The notes under the pieces are model-generated. The model did not search any database and had not been told where the DNA came from. It saw only the letters and a list, made by a program, of their open reading frames with translations. Of a stretch of DNA of 36,213 bases, positions 26,836 through 35,552 are shown piece after piece (the stretch's first letter is position 1; every line of letters begins with the position of its first letter). The translations under genes were made by a program, and so were the position numbers. Location of the stretch: positions 1 through 36,213 of IMG/VR virus record IMGVR_UViG_3300023214_000730; one strand, given 5' to 3'. Origin of the DNA: a virus (Duplodnaviria > Caudoviricetes).

Positions 26836-27438
26836 ATGAGATCAAAAAATCGTTATCCGGGCATGGATCCAGCCATTGTAAAACAGATCCAATATCACGC
26901 ATGGCGCTTAAAACAAATGCCATGTTTTTGCAGCGAAGACATTGAAGATATCGAGCAGGAATTATTGTGCGAAGTATTTGAGTGCCTTGCCAAATATAAC
27001 AAACAAAAAAGTAGCCTGGGAACTTTTGTTGATCAGATTATTACGCGGCGCTCTAACAACATGATCCAAAGGCGATTAAGCCTTAAACGCGGCGGTAAAT
27101 GCACCACTATTTCGTTAGATGTCTGTGATGAATATGGTGTGGCTTTAGTTGATAAGTTACCTGATGAACAATCATTTGAAGATTTAAATTTAGCGTTAGA
27201 TGTAGCCCACATTGTTTGTCGCCTACCAGAAGGCACGCAAAGAATCACAACCTTATTGCAAACCTACACCATTACAGAAGTTGCCAGCATGACGGGCAAA
27301 TCTCGTGCTGCCATCTACAGACTACTAGAGCAAATTCGTCCCTGTTTTATAGAGCTTTTACCTTACCTCAACCAAGGTGGACATCCAAAGCCTAAATCCG
27401 GAATAAAACCATCAACCAAAGGAGAAACCCATGAGTAA
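26836..27438 (+). CDS. Phage sigma70-family (ECF-like) RNA polymerase sigma factor
   Basis: Region 2-like DIEDIEQELL...KYNKQKSSLGTFVDQII and region 4 HTH TITEVASMTGKSRAAIYRLL; probable start ATG 26836 with GGGAG RBS. Confidence 0.85.
   Translation: MRSKNRYPGMDPAIVKQIQYHAWRLKQMPCFCSEDIEDIEQELLCEVFECLAKYNKQKSSLGTFVDQIITRRSNNMIQRRLSLKRGGKCTTISLDVCDEYGVALVDKLPDEQSFEDLNLALDVAHIVCRLPEGTQRITTLLQTYTITEVASMTGKSRAAIYRLLEQIRPCFIELLPYLNQGGHPKPKSGIKPSTKGETHE
27377..27407 (+). promoter_or_regulatory. Putative phage-sigma promoter GTGGACA-N15-CGGAATAAA
   Basis: Plus-strand motif copy in the 3' end of the sigma gene, just upstream of the RBS of the 27431 gene. Confidence 0.6.
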
Positions 27439-27895
27439 CACTATCTCATTTTGTTTTTTAGATGAAGCTAAGACCGAAGATATCAGCAAATTATCAATAG
27501 CTGATTTGTTATCGCTGCAAGCAAGGCTAAGTAGCGTATTAGCAGAAGCTAAACGCCATAAAACCATTCTAGATAACGCGCTGGAGCTAAAATTTTCAAG
27601 CCGCGCCAAAGAAGCCTTACAAGCAGATGGACGTGATACCGGCACCGTGCATTTTGTTGATGACAATTACGCAATCACCGCTGATATGCCCAAGAAAGTC
27701 GTTTGGGACCAAAACAAACTCTCTGAGCTTATTCACAAAATACCAGAAGAAGATCGCAAGCAGTACATCAAAACCAGCTACAGCATTGATGAACGCAAAT
27801 ATGTGGCATGGCCAGAAACTCTAAAACAATTTTTCAGTGATGCCAGAACTGTGCAACTAGGCAAAGCAAAATTTTCAATTAAAGAGGAACAATAA
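27431..27895 (+). CDS. Conserved phage hypothetical protein of the recombination module
   Basis: AAGGAG RBS; coiled N-terminus, GRDTGTVHF, PKKVVWDQ, IDERKY motifs. Confidence 0.75.
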   Translation: MSNTISFCFLDEAKTEDISKLSIADLLSLQARLSSVLAEAKRHKTILDNALELKFSSRAKEALQADGRDTGTVHFVDDNYAITADMPKKVVWDQNKLSELIHKIPEEDRKQYIKTSYSIDERKYVAWPETLKQFFSDARTVQLGKAKFSIKEEQ

Positions 27896-27896
27896 G

Positions 27897-28715
27897 ATGA
27901 GCTTAAAAATTATCAGCGCAGAAGAACGCTTAAAAAATCATACCGGTGTAAAGATGGTTATCTTTGGCCCTTTCGGGATCGGGAAGACCACGCTTTTAAA
28001 TACGTTAGAGCAACCAGCTCTTTGTATTGATATGGAAGCCGGTTTACTTGCGGTGCAAAAATGGTCTGGTGATTCTATTAGTGTGCGCACCTGGGAGGAA
28101 GCAAGAGATATTGCCTGCCTAATTGGCGGACCTAATCCTGCACTTAGATCAGAGCAACCCTATAGCGCCAAACATTATGAGCATGTCTCTAAACAATATG
28201 GCGATCCTAAAGCGCTTAACAAATACCAATGCATTTTTATCGACAGCATAACAGTTGCCTCACGTCTTTGTTTGCAATGGGCTAAATCACAACCTGAATG
28301 CATCTCAGAGCGTACTGGCAAAGCAGATACCAGAGCAGCTTACGGTTTGCTTGCCAGTGAGATGATCGCCTGGATCAATCAATTCCAACACATCCCCAAT
28401 AAAGACATTATTTTTGTTGGCATTTTAGAAGAGCGTTTTGATGAGTTTAATCGCTCCTTTTGGAGCCCGCAATGCGAAGGCAGCAAAACATCCAATGAAC
28501 TCCCAGGCATTGTTGATGAGGTCATTAGCATGGTGGCAATTAAAACCAACGAAGAGCAACCCGCAAAACGCTGCTTTGTGTGCCAGACCATTAATCAATG
28601 GAATTACCCAGCTAAAGATCGAAGTGGCGCATTAGAGGTGGTAGAGCCTGCGCATCTTGGCAAGTTACTGCAAAAAATTAAACAAGTTTCCAATCAATCA
28701 AATCAAGGAGCATAA
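27897..28715 (+). CDS. AAA_24 / Sak4-like ATPase (single-strand annealing)
   Basis: GPFGIGKT Walker A, IDMEAG, IFIDSIT Walker B, AKDRSG. Confidence 0.88.
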   Translation: MSLKIISAEERLKNHTGVKMVIFGPFGIGKTTLLNTLEQPALCIDMEAGLLAVQKWSGDSISVRTWEEARDIACLIGGPNPALRSEQPYSAKHYEHVSKQYGDPKALNKYQCIFIDSITVASRLCLQWAKSQPECISERTGKADTRAAYGLLASEMIAWINQFQHIPNKDIIFVGILEERFDEFNRSFWSPQCEGSKTSNELPGIVDEVISMVAIKTNEEQPAKRCFVCQTINQWNYPAKDRSGALEVVEPAHLGKLLQKIKQVSNQSNQGA

Positions 28716-28718
28716 ATC

Positions 28719-29294
28719 ATGGATTACTCATTTATAAACGACTTAAACAACGCAGCCCCACAAAACCAAAGCTTTAGCCTAATACCAGCTGGCACTTTAA
28801 TTAAAGCCTCGGTGTGTATCAAACCTGGCGGCCATGGCCCTGGTGGCTGGTTTACCCAAAGCAGATCAAGTGATGCGGTTTATCTAAATGTCGATTTCAC
28901 CGTGGTTGAAGGTGAATATTCAGGCCGTATTGTACATCAAATGGTTGGTATTCAAGGAACCAAACGCAATGACAAGGGCGAGGATATTTGGGGGCAAATG
29001 GGCCGCTCTATGCTGCGCGCACTCGTCGAATCTGCTTATAACATAATGCCAAATGACAATTCAGATGAGGCCAATATAAAACGCACTCTACAAGATATTA
29101 GCGGCATTAATACGCTAGTTTGTGCTGCCAAAGTTGGCGTTGATATTGATAGTACTGGTGCCCATCCAAGTCGCAATAAGATTGTCAATATCATCACCCC
29201 AGAGTCTGCCCAATATAAAACCATTATGGGGCAATCAAGTGTTGCATCAGCAACGACTAATGCAGCTGATTTGCCGGAATGGCTTAACCAATAA
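28719..29294 (+). CDS. Putative ssDNA-binding protein (DUF669-like)
   Basis: LIPAGT, YLNVDFTVVEGEYSGR, RNKI, flexible tail ending PEWLNQ; follows the Sak4-like gene. Confidence 0.72.
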   Translation: MDYSFINDLNNAAPQNQSFSLIPAGTLIKASVCIKPGGHGPGGWFTQSRSSDAVYLNVDFTVVEGEYSGRIVHQMVGIQGTKRNDKGEDIWGQMGRSMLRALVESAYNIMPNDNSDEANIKRTLQDISGINTLVCAAKVGVDIDSTGAHPSRNKIVNIITPESAQYKTIMGQSSVASATTNAADLPEWLNQ

Positions 29295-29305
29295 GGAGAA
29301 TCATT

Positions 29306-30352
29306 ATGGTGCGCCAACATCCGGCAACAGGACTGCCTAAACCTTATGAATTACTAATGCATAGCGGTGACATTACCGCTATTAACCAACTAGAAATCGG
29401 TGATGAGCTCATGGGCGCTGATAGCAAACCTATATTGCTTACCGATATTCGCACAGCAAAAGAAGATTGTTTTGAAATCAGGCCAATAAAGGGGCCATCT
29501 TTTTTATTAGGTGCAAATGACTATTTGCATTTGGTACGGGTTGGTAGCAGTGATGCTAAACAACAAACAAAAACCTTACCAATGTGGGAATATCAGCAGC
29601 AATCAGCGCATTTTAAAGGGGTGCATTTACTCTATCGCAGCCAGGTGGATTTTAAAGGCATAGCTGAACTGCCATTAGAGCCATATTTTCTTGGTATTAT
29701 GTTAGGCGATGGTTGTTTTAAAAATGCAACTCCTAGCATTACCACGCCCGATCCTGAAATTGTTTCTTACTGCTTTGATATGGCAGAGCAAATGAATATG
29801 AAGGTTCGTATTAATCAAATCCCTGGCAACCAAGCTAATAGTTATTATTTTAGCACGGCTGCAGGTTGTAATAATCCGCTAACCGATATTCTAAGGGATT
29901 TGGATTTATTTGATAAATTATCATCAGAAAAATTCATCCCTAAGATTTACAAAATTGCAGACAAAGACAGTAGAGCAAAACTGCTAGCAGGCTTGCTCGA
30001 TACAGATGGCTATATGCTGCATAAAACCTTTGAGTATTCTACCGCTTCAAAGCAACTAGCATTAGATATTGCTTTTATTGCCCAAAGTTTAGGGCTAATG
30101 GCACTGCCTAAAGAAAAAGTAGTGGATGGCCAAACGTATTACCGTTTTTGTATTTACGGTGATTTTAGCGATATCCCAATCAGGGTTGGCCGCAAAATAC
30201 CAGGCCCAAGAGTACAAAAGCGCCATGTGCTGCGTACAGGCTTTACGGTACATCCTGTCGGCAAGGCCAATATCAAAAAACTCTATTTTGACAGTACAAC
30301 CCCACAATTTTTAAAAGGTGATTTTATGGTGATGGAAGGATTAACGAGGTAA
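29306..30352 (+). CDS. Free-standing intein-derived protein: degenerate Hint domain + LAGLIDADG endonuclease
   Basis: Hint-N-like LLMHSGDITAINQLEIGDELMGAD, LAGLIDADG blocks PYFLGIMLGDG and LLAGLLDTDG, Hint-C-like FLKGDFMV; no N-terminal Cys/Ser, no terminal His-Asn, no exteins; own AAGGAG RBS. Confidence 0.88.
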   Translation: MVRQHPATGLPKPYELLMHSGDITAINQLEIGDELMGADSKPILLTDIRTAKEDCFEIRPIKGPSFLLGANDYLHLVRVGSSDAKQQTKTLPMWEYQQQSAHFKGVHLLYRSQVDFKGIAELPLEPYFLGIMLGDGCFKNATPSITTPDPEIVSYCFDMAEQMNMKVRINQIPGNQANSYYFSTAAGCNNPLTDILRDLDLFDKLSSEKFIPKIYKIADKDSRAKLLAGLLDTDGYMLHKTFEYSTASKQLALDIAFIAQSLGLMALPKEKVVDGQTYYRFCIYGDFSDIPIRVGRKIPGPRVQKRHVLRTGFTVHPVGKANIKKLYFDSTTPQFLKGDFMVMEGLTR

Positions 30353-30355
30353 CAC

Positions 30356-30508
30356 ATGCAAACACAAGATACGGAATCAATGAAATTATTGCTAGCAGGC
30401 AAGCTCATGCAGCAACTACAAAAACTTGGTCTCAATAAACCAATTGGCCAAATTACTGTTGGCGACTTAATTCTAATCGCAAGAGAGCTTAGCAATGAAC
30501 AACATTAA
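30356..30508 (+). CDS. Small 50 aa hypothetical protein (possibly DUF6511-like), absent from the ORF track
   Basis: GAGGT RBS at 30346-30350; MQTQDTESMKLLLAGKLMQQLQKLGLNKPIGQITVGDLILIARELSNEQH fills the gap and overlaps the next start. Confidence 0.6.
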   Translation: MQTQDTESMKLLLAGKLMQQLQKLGLNKPIGQITVGDLILIARELSNEQH

Positions 30509-31196
30509 TGCGCTTATTGAAACAGCTTTGCAAGCAAAATCAGATAGTAAAAAACCGCGTAATTATTTAGGGGCATCAAGCTTAGGTGATGCGTGTGACA
30601 GGCGCATTCAATATCAGTATATGGGCATAAAACCTGATACTCAATTTACCGGCAAGCAATTACAAACTTTTGCTATGGGGCATGCCTTAGAAGATTTAAT
30701 AGTAGATTGGCTTCGCCTTGCAGGTTTTGATTTAAGCACCCGCAATAAATCCGGCGATCAATATGGCTTTTCAGTTGCAGATGGCAAAATAGCTGGCCAC
30801 ATAGATGGTGTATTACTTAGTGGCCCTGATGGCTTTTCTTATCCTGCACTTTGGGAATGTAAAACCATGAATAACAAATATTGGCGCGATTGTGTAAGCC
30901 GTGGCATTGCCTTATCACACCCTCATTATTACGCCCAAGTCCAATTATACATGGCCTATATGCGCTTAGATGAAAACCCTGCCCTGATTACAGTGCTGAA
31001 TAAAGATAGCTCCGAGATGCATCATGAATGGATTAAATTCGATCCAGCAATTGCTCAGCAATATTCTGATAGAGCCGTGCATATTTTAAAAGCCAGCAAT
31101 GCTAAAGAATTTTTACCGCGTCTTGCTAATGATCAAAATTATTTGATCTGCAAGATGTGCCGCTTTAATAAAACCTGTTGGGAGCAACAAAAATGA
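30495..31196 (+). CDS. Cas4-like PD-(D/E)XK exonuclease with Fe-S cysteines
   Basis: YLGASSLGDACDR, GHIDG, WECKT, QVQLYM and C-terminal CKMCRFNKTC. Confidence 0.88.
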   Translation: MNNINALIETALQAKSDSKKPRNYLGASSLGDACDRRIQYQYMGIKPDTQFTGKQLQTFAMGHALEDLIVDWLRLAGFDLSTRNKSGDQYGFSVADGKIAGHIDGVLLSGPDGFSYPALWECKTMNNKYWRDCVSRGIALSHPHYYAQVQLYMAYMRLDENPALITVLNKDSSEMHHEWIKFDPAIAQQYSDRAVHILKASNAKEFLPRLANDQNYLICKMCRFNKTCWEQQK

Positions 31197-33214
31197 CAGA
31201 CAATATTATTGATTTTAAGGAGTGGTTCGATCTAAACAAAGCCGCACCACAACATGTATCCCAGATGATGGGTCATTCAGAATCTACCTCTGAAATAAAA
31301 GCACGGTTAATTAGCAATTTAAGTGGGGTTTTATCTTATCTATTGCCAGGTGGTGTTTTTAAAAACAACAAATTTTATGTAGGTGATATCAGAGGCAATA
31401 TGGGTGAAAGCCTGGTCATTGATATCTCAGGTGATAAGGCTGGCATGTGGCATGATTTTGCAACCGGCGAAGGTGGCGACATTATTGGCCTTTGGGCAGC
31501 GGTTACCGGGCGTGATACCAAATATGATTTCCCTGAGCTTATTAACGACATGTCGGATTGGCTTGGCATTAGAACGCGTACTTACCAAGAAGACAGAGAA
31601 ATAAGAGAAAGGCTACAAGAATATGATAGCAATGATCTCAAAGATTTATGCCAAGATAATTTATTAGGCCAACCAACGGCGCGCTGGGATTACTATGATG
31701 AAAATGAAAAGATTATAGCCTGCGTGTACCGCTATGAAACCAAGCGTGGCAAACAATATCGCCCTTGGGATGTGAAAAGCTGTAGCCACCGCGCACCTGA
31801 TATCAGACCACTTTACAATATCCCCAATATCATCAAATCCAGAAACATTATGATTGTTGAAGGAGAAAAATCAGCAGATGCTTTAATAAAATCAGGCATT
31901 ACCGCAACAACTGCAATGTTTGGTGCTAATGCGCCGTTAGATAAAACCGATTGGCGACCCCTTTACAAAAAGCATATAACAATCTGGCCCGATAATGATG
32001 AACCTGGGATTGCTTATGCCAAGCAATTAGCTGAATTTTTAAAACCACATGTTGCCTCAATTGCTATTATCTTGCCACCTACAGACAAACCTAAAGGCTG
32101 GGATGCAGCGGATGCATTAGCTGAAAAAATCAACTTAAAAGAATTTATCCGCACCAGCAAAAAAGAGGTAATAAAACGATCTAACATTGAAGCGATTGAT
32201 CTTTGTAATTGGCAAACACTACCGCCAGAGCGTAATTGGGTGATTAAAGAATGGCTGCCTAAAGGTTATGTTACCGCCATTTATGGAGATGGCGGCGTTG
32301 GTAAATCTCTGCTTTCACAGCAACTGATGACAGCTGTTGCAACAGGTTCACCTTGGCTTAATTTACCCATACAACAAGCAAAAGTTTATGCGCTGCTTTG
32401 TGAAGATGACGAGCAAGAATTATGGCGCAGGCAACATGCAATCAACAGCTATTTTGATGTGGAAATGTCAGATTTAACCGACAATCTGCGTATGATCTCA
32501 AGAGTCGGTGCTGATAATTTATTGATGATTTTTGATGGCAAAGATGCAGGCCAGCTCACGATGTTTTATCAGGAATTACTAGAAGATATTAAATCTTTCA
32601 AACCAGATTTAGTAATTTTAGATACGGTTGCGGATTTATTTGGTGGTAATGAAAATAATCGCTCCCAGGTTCGTCAGTTTGTGCAAAATTGCTGTGCTCG
32701 TATTGCCCGCGCCATTAATGGTGCTGTTTTGCTTTGTGCGCATCCATCAGATTCAGGTATTCAGCGTAAAACCGGAACAGGTGGCTCTACCGCTTGGAAT
32801 AACACAGTTAGATCGCGCTGGTATTTCTCCAGAGCCTCTAATCAGGAAAATGGCAACACTAGAATTTTAAGCCGCAAAAAATCAAACTATGGTCCCATGC
32901 AAGAAGATCTAAATCTAGAATGGCAGGATGGTGTTTTTGTTCCAACAGGTGGCTTTTCTCCTGATTATTTAAAGCAAACATTGATTGATGCAATTAAAGA
33001 TGCTGCAAGTGATGGCGTACCATTTACGCATACAGGTGAGCCTGGGCTCTTTAAGCAGCGTGCACGCTTGCCGGTAGAGTTACATACTTTGAGCCGTCAT
33101 AAGATAGAGGCGCTGGCTAATGAATTGCTTGCTGAAGGGTTGCTAATCAAAACAACCAGTAGTGATAGTAAAGAGCAAAAATGGCTAGATGCCGCTTCAC
33201 TTTCTAAAAAGTAA
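31193..33214 (+). CDS. Primase-helicase (TOPRIM + AAA_25/RepA helicase)
   Basis: IVEGEKSADAL and WPDNDEPG TOPRIM; GDGGVGKS Walker A; LVILDT Walker B; GSTAWNNTVRSRW; probable start 31193 (ATGA overlap, GGAG RBS). Confidence 0.92.
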   Translation: MTDNIIDFKEWFDLNKAAPQHVSQMMGHSESTSEIKARLISNLSGVLSYLLPGGVFKNNKFYVGDIRGNMGESLVIDISGDKAGMWHDFATGEGGDIIGLWAAVTGRDTKYDFPELINDMSDWLGIRTRTYQEDREIRERLQEYDSNDLKDLCQDNLLGQPTARWDYYDENEKIIACVYRYETKRGKQYRPWDVKSCSHRAPDIRPLYNIPNIIKSRNIMIVEGEKSADALIKSGITATTAMFGANAPLDKTDWRPLYKKHITIWPDNDEPGIAYAKQLAEFLKPHVASIAIILPPTDKPKGWDAADALAEKINLKEFIRTSKKEVIKRSNIEAIDLCNWQTLPPERNWVIKEWLPKGYVTAIYGDGGVGKSLLSQQLMTAVATGSPWLNLPIQQAKVYALLCEDDEQELWRRQHAINSYFDVEMSDLTDNLRMISRVGADNLLMIFDGKDAGQLTMFYQELLEDIKSFKPDLVILDTVADLFGGNENNRSQVRQFVQNCCARIARAINGAVLLCAHPSDSGIQRKTGTGGSTAWNNTVRSRWYFSRASNQENGNTRILSRKKSNYGPMQEDLNLEWQDGVFVPTGGFSPDYLKQTLIDAIKDAASDGVPFTHTGEPGLFKQRARLPVELHTLSRHKIEALANELLAEGLLIKTTSSDSKEQKWLDAASLSKK

Positions 33215-34342
33215 GGTATGCGGGTTTAAGCGATAACCAAATTCTTGTTTGTTATTACAGCCTGGCCAGCCGCGCATTTCGATAACATCATGACGCTGGA
33301 CGGGCAAACCCAACTCTTTAGCCAAAGTGTCCTGGATCACTTTCTGCATTTTATTTAATGGCCGTCTGATTTGTTGCTCTAAATCGTTAACCATACCAAC
33401 ATGCGGTTCCATCAAATCAGATAATTGATTCATATTGAGAAAACTATGTTGCTCGGGTGGTTTGGCTACCTCAAAATCCTGCCAATATTGCTCCAGTAGC
33501 AAACGGAAAATCAATAGGCGAGAACTGGCTTGTCTGCCAACAACCACAATATCATTGATACTAACGCCAGCATCATTAATCTTAATTTCTAGGTATTTTT
33601 CTTCTGATGCAGGCTTTGGCTCTGCCAAATTGATTGCAGGAAATGGTAATATGCTAGCTGATTGATTTGGTAGATTATCAGCAACACCTTGTTTGCAAGT
33701 TGCCATAATACTATCTGCTAAGATTTCTGGCATCACAACAAAATCAGCAACTGATAAACGTTGTACCTCTAGCCCGGTTTTAGGTAATTTATCTCGGATA
33801 TTTAACAACAGCGTTGGGCTAGCCTTTAGCTTATCCACTGTTAAATAGCGATAGTCATCACAGAAATCCATAACCACAATAGTTGCAAGACCATGTGGGC
33901 TCATTACAGCATAAATGCCTGTAGATAGCCTGTGAAAAGCAATTTCTTGTTGGCGCATACTATCTTCGATAAAATTCTCAAAGACCTTGTAGTTTAGCTC
34001 TACTGAGGTTTCAACAAATCGTTGCTTGCTATGGGTATTCGGCAGAATATACCGGCCACAGCTATCACAAACCAAATCATCACAATCCTCATCAAAATCA
34101 GGCTCAATATAAATTTGGTTATGGCAGTCATGATTGCTAACAAATTTTAAATCCAGGGTATCCCGCTGATTGTAGCATTTAACAAAGCAGCTAGAATGCG
34201 AGCGTGCGAAATTATTTTCCTGCAAAAACATCAATGCATTTTGATATTCCTGATTTAAATCTACCCACGATCCCTGGTGCATAATTAATGCTTTAATCGC
34301 ATCAGTAGCAGCACCTTGCTTTTGGTAATACCTTAAGCCCAT
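33197..34342 (-). CDS. Hypothetical protein with Cys cluster (CDSC) and possible C-terminal winged helix
   Basis: Intact 381 aa ORF overlapping the upstream gene; LVCDSCGR; ends FGYRLNP. Confidence 0.75.
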   Translation of the reverse strand: MGLRYYQKQGAATDAIKALIMHQGSWVDLNQEYQNALMFLQENNFARSHSSCFVKCYNQRDTLDLKFVSNHDCHNQIYIEPDFDEDCDDLVCDSCGRYILPNTHSKQRFVETSVELNYKVFENFIEDSMRQQEIAFHRLSTGIYAVMSPHGLATIVVMDFCDDYRYLTVDKLKASPTLLLNIRDKLPKTGLEVQRLSVADFVVMPEILADSIMATCKQGVADNLPNQSASILPFPAINLAEPKPASEEKYLEIKINDAGVSINDIVVVGRQASSRLLIFRLLLEQYWQDFEVAKPPEQHSFLNMNQLSDLMEPHVGMVNDLEQQIRRPLNKMQKVIQDTLAKELGLPVQRHDVIEMRGWPGCNNKQEFGYRLNPHTLLFRK

Positions 34343-35552
34343 ATGTTGTCCTCATCCATGATTTAAAAGCTTCCCTAGCATTTTTATCCAGCACATGCTC
34401 TGAATAACAGATGCGGATATGATCGCACGCCTCATCCAAACACCTAAAATACAGAGTAATACGCTTATTTTTATACAAGACCTTGATGGAATCCACCGCA
34501 GTAATATCCGCTAAAATATCACCAACCGCCGCTTGAATTGCTTGCAAATCCTCAGCAATAGAATCATGCGGGCAGGTGCTGATCACAATCTCGGTATTGT
34601 TGTGCAAATATGGCGATCGAAACCTAATTTCAAATAATTTGATTTCATTCGTCTGATGAGATGCACTATGGCGAATAAAGCGCTCAACCTGTTTGCTAAA
34701 ATTCACATCACCAGCATCAACAAAGCTTAGCTCTTTGCCAAAATAATCGCTGACTAAGGCATTGGCAATAAACACTGATTTTTGTGGACATTTAGCGCAG
34801 ATATTAACCTGGTTCCCATTAGCTGCAAAATCAATAATAGTCCATTCAGGTTTATGCCCATGCAATAGCTGATCGCAATTTAGCAGCACATCCTCATCAC
34901 TTGCACGGCGAATAAATAAGTACAATCTGTCGTTATGCAAAAAGACATCTTGCAAGGTGCTCTCAAAGCCATCGCCTAAACTTGTATCGTATTTTTCTAA
35001 AATTTTAGTTATTGGGGATGATAAAACAAACTCAGCAAAATTAAGCTCACGTTGCCTTGGTGGATTCATTAGCACAAAAGCTGCAAAACCCTTTTTGTGA
35101 ATTTTGTCATAGTGATAAATATTTTTAAGTGCATCTGGTTTTTGCTTAAACAAAGCAAATAGTAGTGATTTCTTATCGTACTTGTTGTTTTTAACCAAGC
35201 AGAATTCAAGCAACTCATCACTTAAAATTTCTTTGGCAATATCAGATACAGCGGTTTCTAATTTAGCATGGTTAAAGCGGTTTACCAGATAGTAATCAAA
35301 CAACTGCTCTGATTTTTCCACTAGCATTTGCCGCATCTTAGAAAGCGGTACCTCTTGGGTAAAATCCAGATCGTTACTTGCAGCATACAGCACGGTAAGC
35401 TGTCTACCAGATAAAGATTCAATCCAATTTTGCCGTGATGAAACATCACTATATTCTGTCATTAATCTTTCAATAGGTAGTTCCAAATCGTGCTCCCAGA
35501 ATCTGCGATTTGGCGTTATTTGAAAGTTAGTTGTTACTGCCATTGTTTGCAT
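34302..35552 (-). CDS. Hypothetical protein, second gene of the LexA operon
   Basis: Intact ORF; probable start ATG 35552 with GGAGGT RBS, overlapping the LexA 3' end. Confidence 0.75.
   Translation of the reverse strand: MQTMAVTTNFQITPNRRFWEHDLELPIERLMTEYSDVSSRQNWIESLSGRQLTVLYAASNDLDFTQEVPLSKMRQMLVEKSEQLFDYYLVNRFNHAKLETAVSDIAKEILSDELLEFCLVKNNKYDKKSLLFALFKQKPDALKNIYHYDKIHKKGFAAFVLMNPPRQRELNFAEFVLSSPITKILEKYDTSLGDGFESTLQDVFLHNDRLYLFIRRASDEDVLLNCDQLLHGHKPEWTIIDFAANGNQVNICAKCPQKSVFIANALVSDYFGKELSFVDAGDVNFSKQVERFIRHSASHQTNEIKLFEIRFRSPYLHNNTEIVISTCPHDSIAEDLQAIQAAVGDILADITAVDSIKVLYKNKRITLYFRCLDEACDHIRICYSEHVLDKNAREAFKSWMRTTYGLKVLPKARCCY

Noticed and set aside
30495-31196. Cas4-like gene as evidence of a CRISPR-Cas system
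   Set aside because: No cas1/cas2 or array; solo Cas4-like nucleases are common in phage recombination modules with Sak4 and SSB
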